A stretch of DNA of 64,000 nucleotides. It comes from Marsupella aquatica (Eukaryota; Plantae; Marchantiophyta). The notes below the pieces were generated by a model. That model was not told where the DNA came from. It worked only from the letters and a program-made list of their open reading frames with translations, and ran no database searches. The DNA lies in contig OZ316894.1 of the NCBI GenBank assembly GCA_973895155.1, positions 13,821,580 through 13,885,579 on the forward strand, given 5' to 3'. The position numbers and the translations under genes are program-made. This document shows positions 61,080-64,000 of this stretch, one piece after another (the stretch's first letter is position 1; each line of letters starts with the position of its first letter).

Positions 61080-62349
61080 TGGAACTTGGCTTTTTCCATT
61101 TGATTGTTATGCTCAATTCTTGTTGCTTTTCTTTTCTACTCCTCTTATACTTACCCTCCAAAGAGTGAGGACAGGTCACAACTGGCAGTGTTCTATATAT
61201 GTATCATTCTGGTTCATGTCGCAGGGACAAACTGAGCTTCTTACTTGGGAGGCTGCCACTTATGGGAAGGACTCCTTTTGATAGACTGGCGCTTTTGACC
61301 GTGCCAATAAGAAATAGAAAATTATGTGATAAGTGGCATATTTTCAAGCTCCCTTCCTTCAATGCGTCTAAGCAGCCATCAGGTGAATCCACAAGTGAGA
61401 TTCTTCCACTTGTGGTCCAGGTTCCGTGTTAGCTGCTACTGTTGAAGAAACACCAACTGACTTTGCTGTTGAGATGTTTTGACCCAAGTACGAAAAGGCA
61501 CTTGAGAAAATAGTCACTTGGAATTGTCAACGAGCACGGCTAGAACAAATCTTCAAATGCAAAACTGAAACCGCACAGGAGGAAATGTATTATGAGTAAA
61601 CTGTTATCAGTTGTCTTTGACACATCATGGCCATGTTCTGGATAGTCCTCCTGGGCTAGATGGCATTTGTAGGACTGAAAAACCGGTCTACAAAGCTGTA
61701 CGCACACTAATGTAGTGTGTAACCAAGCTGTAGATATTTCTAAAGGAAAATGTGGCCCAAATGCTAATCCCTTGACTTCTGGAGGTCACAGAGATCTTAT
61801 TTTGGTTGGTATGGCCAGCTGCATATTATTCATTTTGTGATGTGAATTTTTACATTCTTGTAATTTGCCTATTCAGCTTGTCTTTCTTCAGTCTTGGTGT
61901 ATTTTACGATGGATGTAATTGTTTATCCTAAAGAGTTCTCCTTCAGATATCTTGTGTCTGTTTGAAATCTTTTATTTCCGTGTCGGCTTTGTAAACTCTT
62001 TGCCCCCCCTAGGTCTTGTCGTTTCGGAATTTGGAGGCTTCCATATGCTTGAATATTCAGCTCTTAGTGCCAATGGTTTTCTCTTGACTATCAGCATTTG
62101 GCCAAAGGATGTCTTTGCAGTCACAGTAGATACGTGTACAGACTTGAATCGGAGTCAATGCATTTTGGTGCCTGAATAAAATATTGTTGATGCAGAAAAA
62201 GAGAGGAGGTTTGCCACTTGCTACAAGAATCACCGCAATCGCTTGATGATCAAATGAATGATGCAATACAAGATGGCGGGATTCTTGGGGATCCTAATAT
62301 GATCCTGCACTGAGTTTGTGTGACATGAATAGTTCAATGTGACACTGAA

Positions 62350-63983
62350 ATTATGACTATATTCTCATATTGGAATGTCGCAGAACCACAAAATTTTCAA
62401 AGAAACGAAAGGAGTACGCAAGAAGGGTGACCAACACTATCTCTAGGCCTGTGCATCGGAGTGAAAGGTTGAGCAAGAAGGTCGTACCTACAATGGCAGA
62501 ATGTGGAGATGAGATGGATCTTGCACAGGTGGGTGCAGACACCAGACAAGAAAATGCAGATGATGAGTATTTTCCAGAGGAAATGGATGAGGATGGGGGT
62601 TATGAAGATGAATACATTGCAAAGCAGCCCAAAAAGAAACAGGTAAGTAATTTTCCCAGCAAGGTACTGAGTTAAATTCTCTTCTTTAGAGGTTTCATGA
62701 CTCCTTTACACATATGTACAATACTTTGTTTGTGACATTGTAGTTGGTGATGTGATACAATGTCCTGTGAGTTTTGTTTTGCTTGCAAAGCCTGTGCATA
62801 CACCATACCAGCAAAGGGGGCTGACCTCTGATCAAGGTTGGCGAGGTGGTTGTAGCGATAGATCCCAAGCTGGTGCCCAATACTATGACAGGGGGCAGAG
62901 TAGTGGTTATGCCCGTAATAGAGGTAGAGCAAGTCCAAACCCACAATCTCGTGGGTACGGATGTCCACCTCAACCATGGGGATGTGAGTATATCTATATG
63001 TCAGTTCTTTGTTAATTAGTAACACTTGTGAATTTCAGACTGCATAGCAATGTTTGACATTGTTTGAGATTGGATTCATACAACATGAAATTCATTCCAC
63101 CTGGCATTGCATGCAGATTCCGCTCAACCTGATTGGAATAATGCTGGTAATGATGATTTTCAATGAGAATATGACAAGTCCTGCAGAGAAGAAGTATGAT
63201 CACCTGGCAAAGAGTCGCTGCAATTTAGAGGCAACAAAGTTGCAGTCTGTACATGCAACTAATTTGACAGAGGGCAGTGAACCATGTTTGGTTGAGGATG
63301 AGATTGGCAAGGGATCGGATGATATCAATGTTGGGGCAAAGGAGGATATCAACAAGCGTGACAATGATACCATTGAGCCAGATTCATGTGATGTGGAGCA
63401 AGGTTTGTGCTATGTAGATCTTGATACCATTGCAGAGATAAATGATTTGCAGAATGTGTCATTGTCAATGACAGGTGTGCCTCTTGTTGCGATACATCCA
63501 ACCAAAGAGTTAGTTGGTATGGCACTCCCAGGTGAGGAACCTGCTACTATGACAGTCCCAACAGAGGAACCTACTGAGCCTAGCTCCACTACTGTGAAGA
63601 GAGGAAGCTACATGCACACACGAAGCAAGTCTGTTGGGAGTAGAGCCACGTCAAAGGTTTCATACAAACCTCCAAGATCGGAGCTGGCAGAAACATCTAA
63701 GGTGGAGGTAGGGAAGGCACCTAATGCAAAGGGAAAAAGTGGCTTATTAGCTATTGATGAAAGTGGAACACGAGTAGGATTTGGCAGAGTGCAAGTTAGT
63801 TCTACAACGTTCCATGGCAAGAGGATCCCACCAGGTTATTCAGTAGTGTTAATCACATTACTAGTTAAACCTAAAGTTGTCCTTCCCATTCCAAACACAA
63901 ATGATGATCCTCCTCAGAAGACACTTGGAGATGCTGCAGGTTCTTTGGTATTATGGCCAAGAAAGTACATAGAGGATCCATAA
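62350..63983 (+). CDS. CACTA TnpA-like exons
   Basis: C-terminal FHGKRIPPG...LPIPNTNDDPPQKTLGDAAGSLVLWP is clearly homologous to 40849-41394. Acidic and RG-rich upstream exons. Confidence 0.7.
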
Positions 63984-64000
63984 CAATGTAGTGTGAGTCA

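Larger units (their letters stand above)
56878..64000 (+). mobile_element. CACTA element, left end; probably extends beyond the window
   Basis: CACTAGAAGAAACCGGG at 56878 truncates the integrase and is followed by GACT/AGTC subterminal motifs. TnpA-like exons at 62350-63983. Right TIR not seen. Confidence 0.65.

Overview
Eukaryotic, TE-saturated land-plant DNA, probably from a large-genome seed-free plant (inference). Nearly the whole window is nested mobile elements whose ends I could place from terminal motifs and target-site duplications (TSDs). (1) A 10.6-kb Mutator-like element (1711-12317, 8-bp TSD) carries a decayed GCM-like/DDE/SWIM transposase. It also carries a divergently oriented, spliced gene that joins a ParB/Srx-like domain to a prokaryote-type (beta-class N4C/N6A) DNA-methyltransferase-like domain. 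The element is dotted with a 15-bp palindrome, TAGCGCCnGGCGCTA, that I found only in its introns and other non-coding DNA. Two ~335-bp MITEs share its ends and the palindrome. (2) A complete 17.1-kb CACTA element (25107-42215) carries intact cargo ORFs upstream of a stop-disrupted TnpD: an EDM2-type composite PHD finger, tandem Pol-lambda-like BRCT domains, an F-box-like protein and a Cys-rich orphan. (3) Three or four solo-LTR-like TG...CA units with 5-bp TSDs themselves encode a long protein. (4) There are also Copia, Gypsy and LINE remnants and two more CACTA ends; the one at 56878 is followed by exons 1-2 of MED7. The best candidate for an undescribed system is the ParB-MTase gene plus palindrome module in the MULE. 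All domain calls come from motif recognition by eye and need HMM or structure confirmation.
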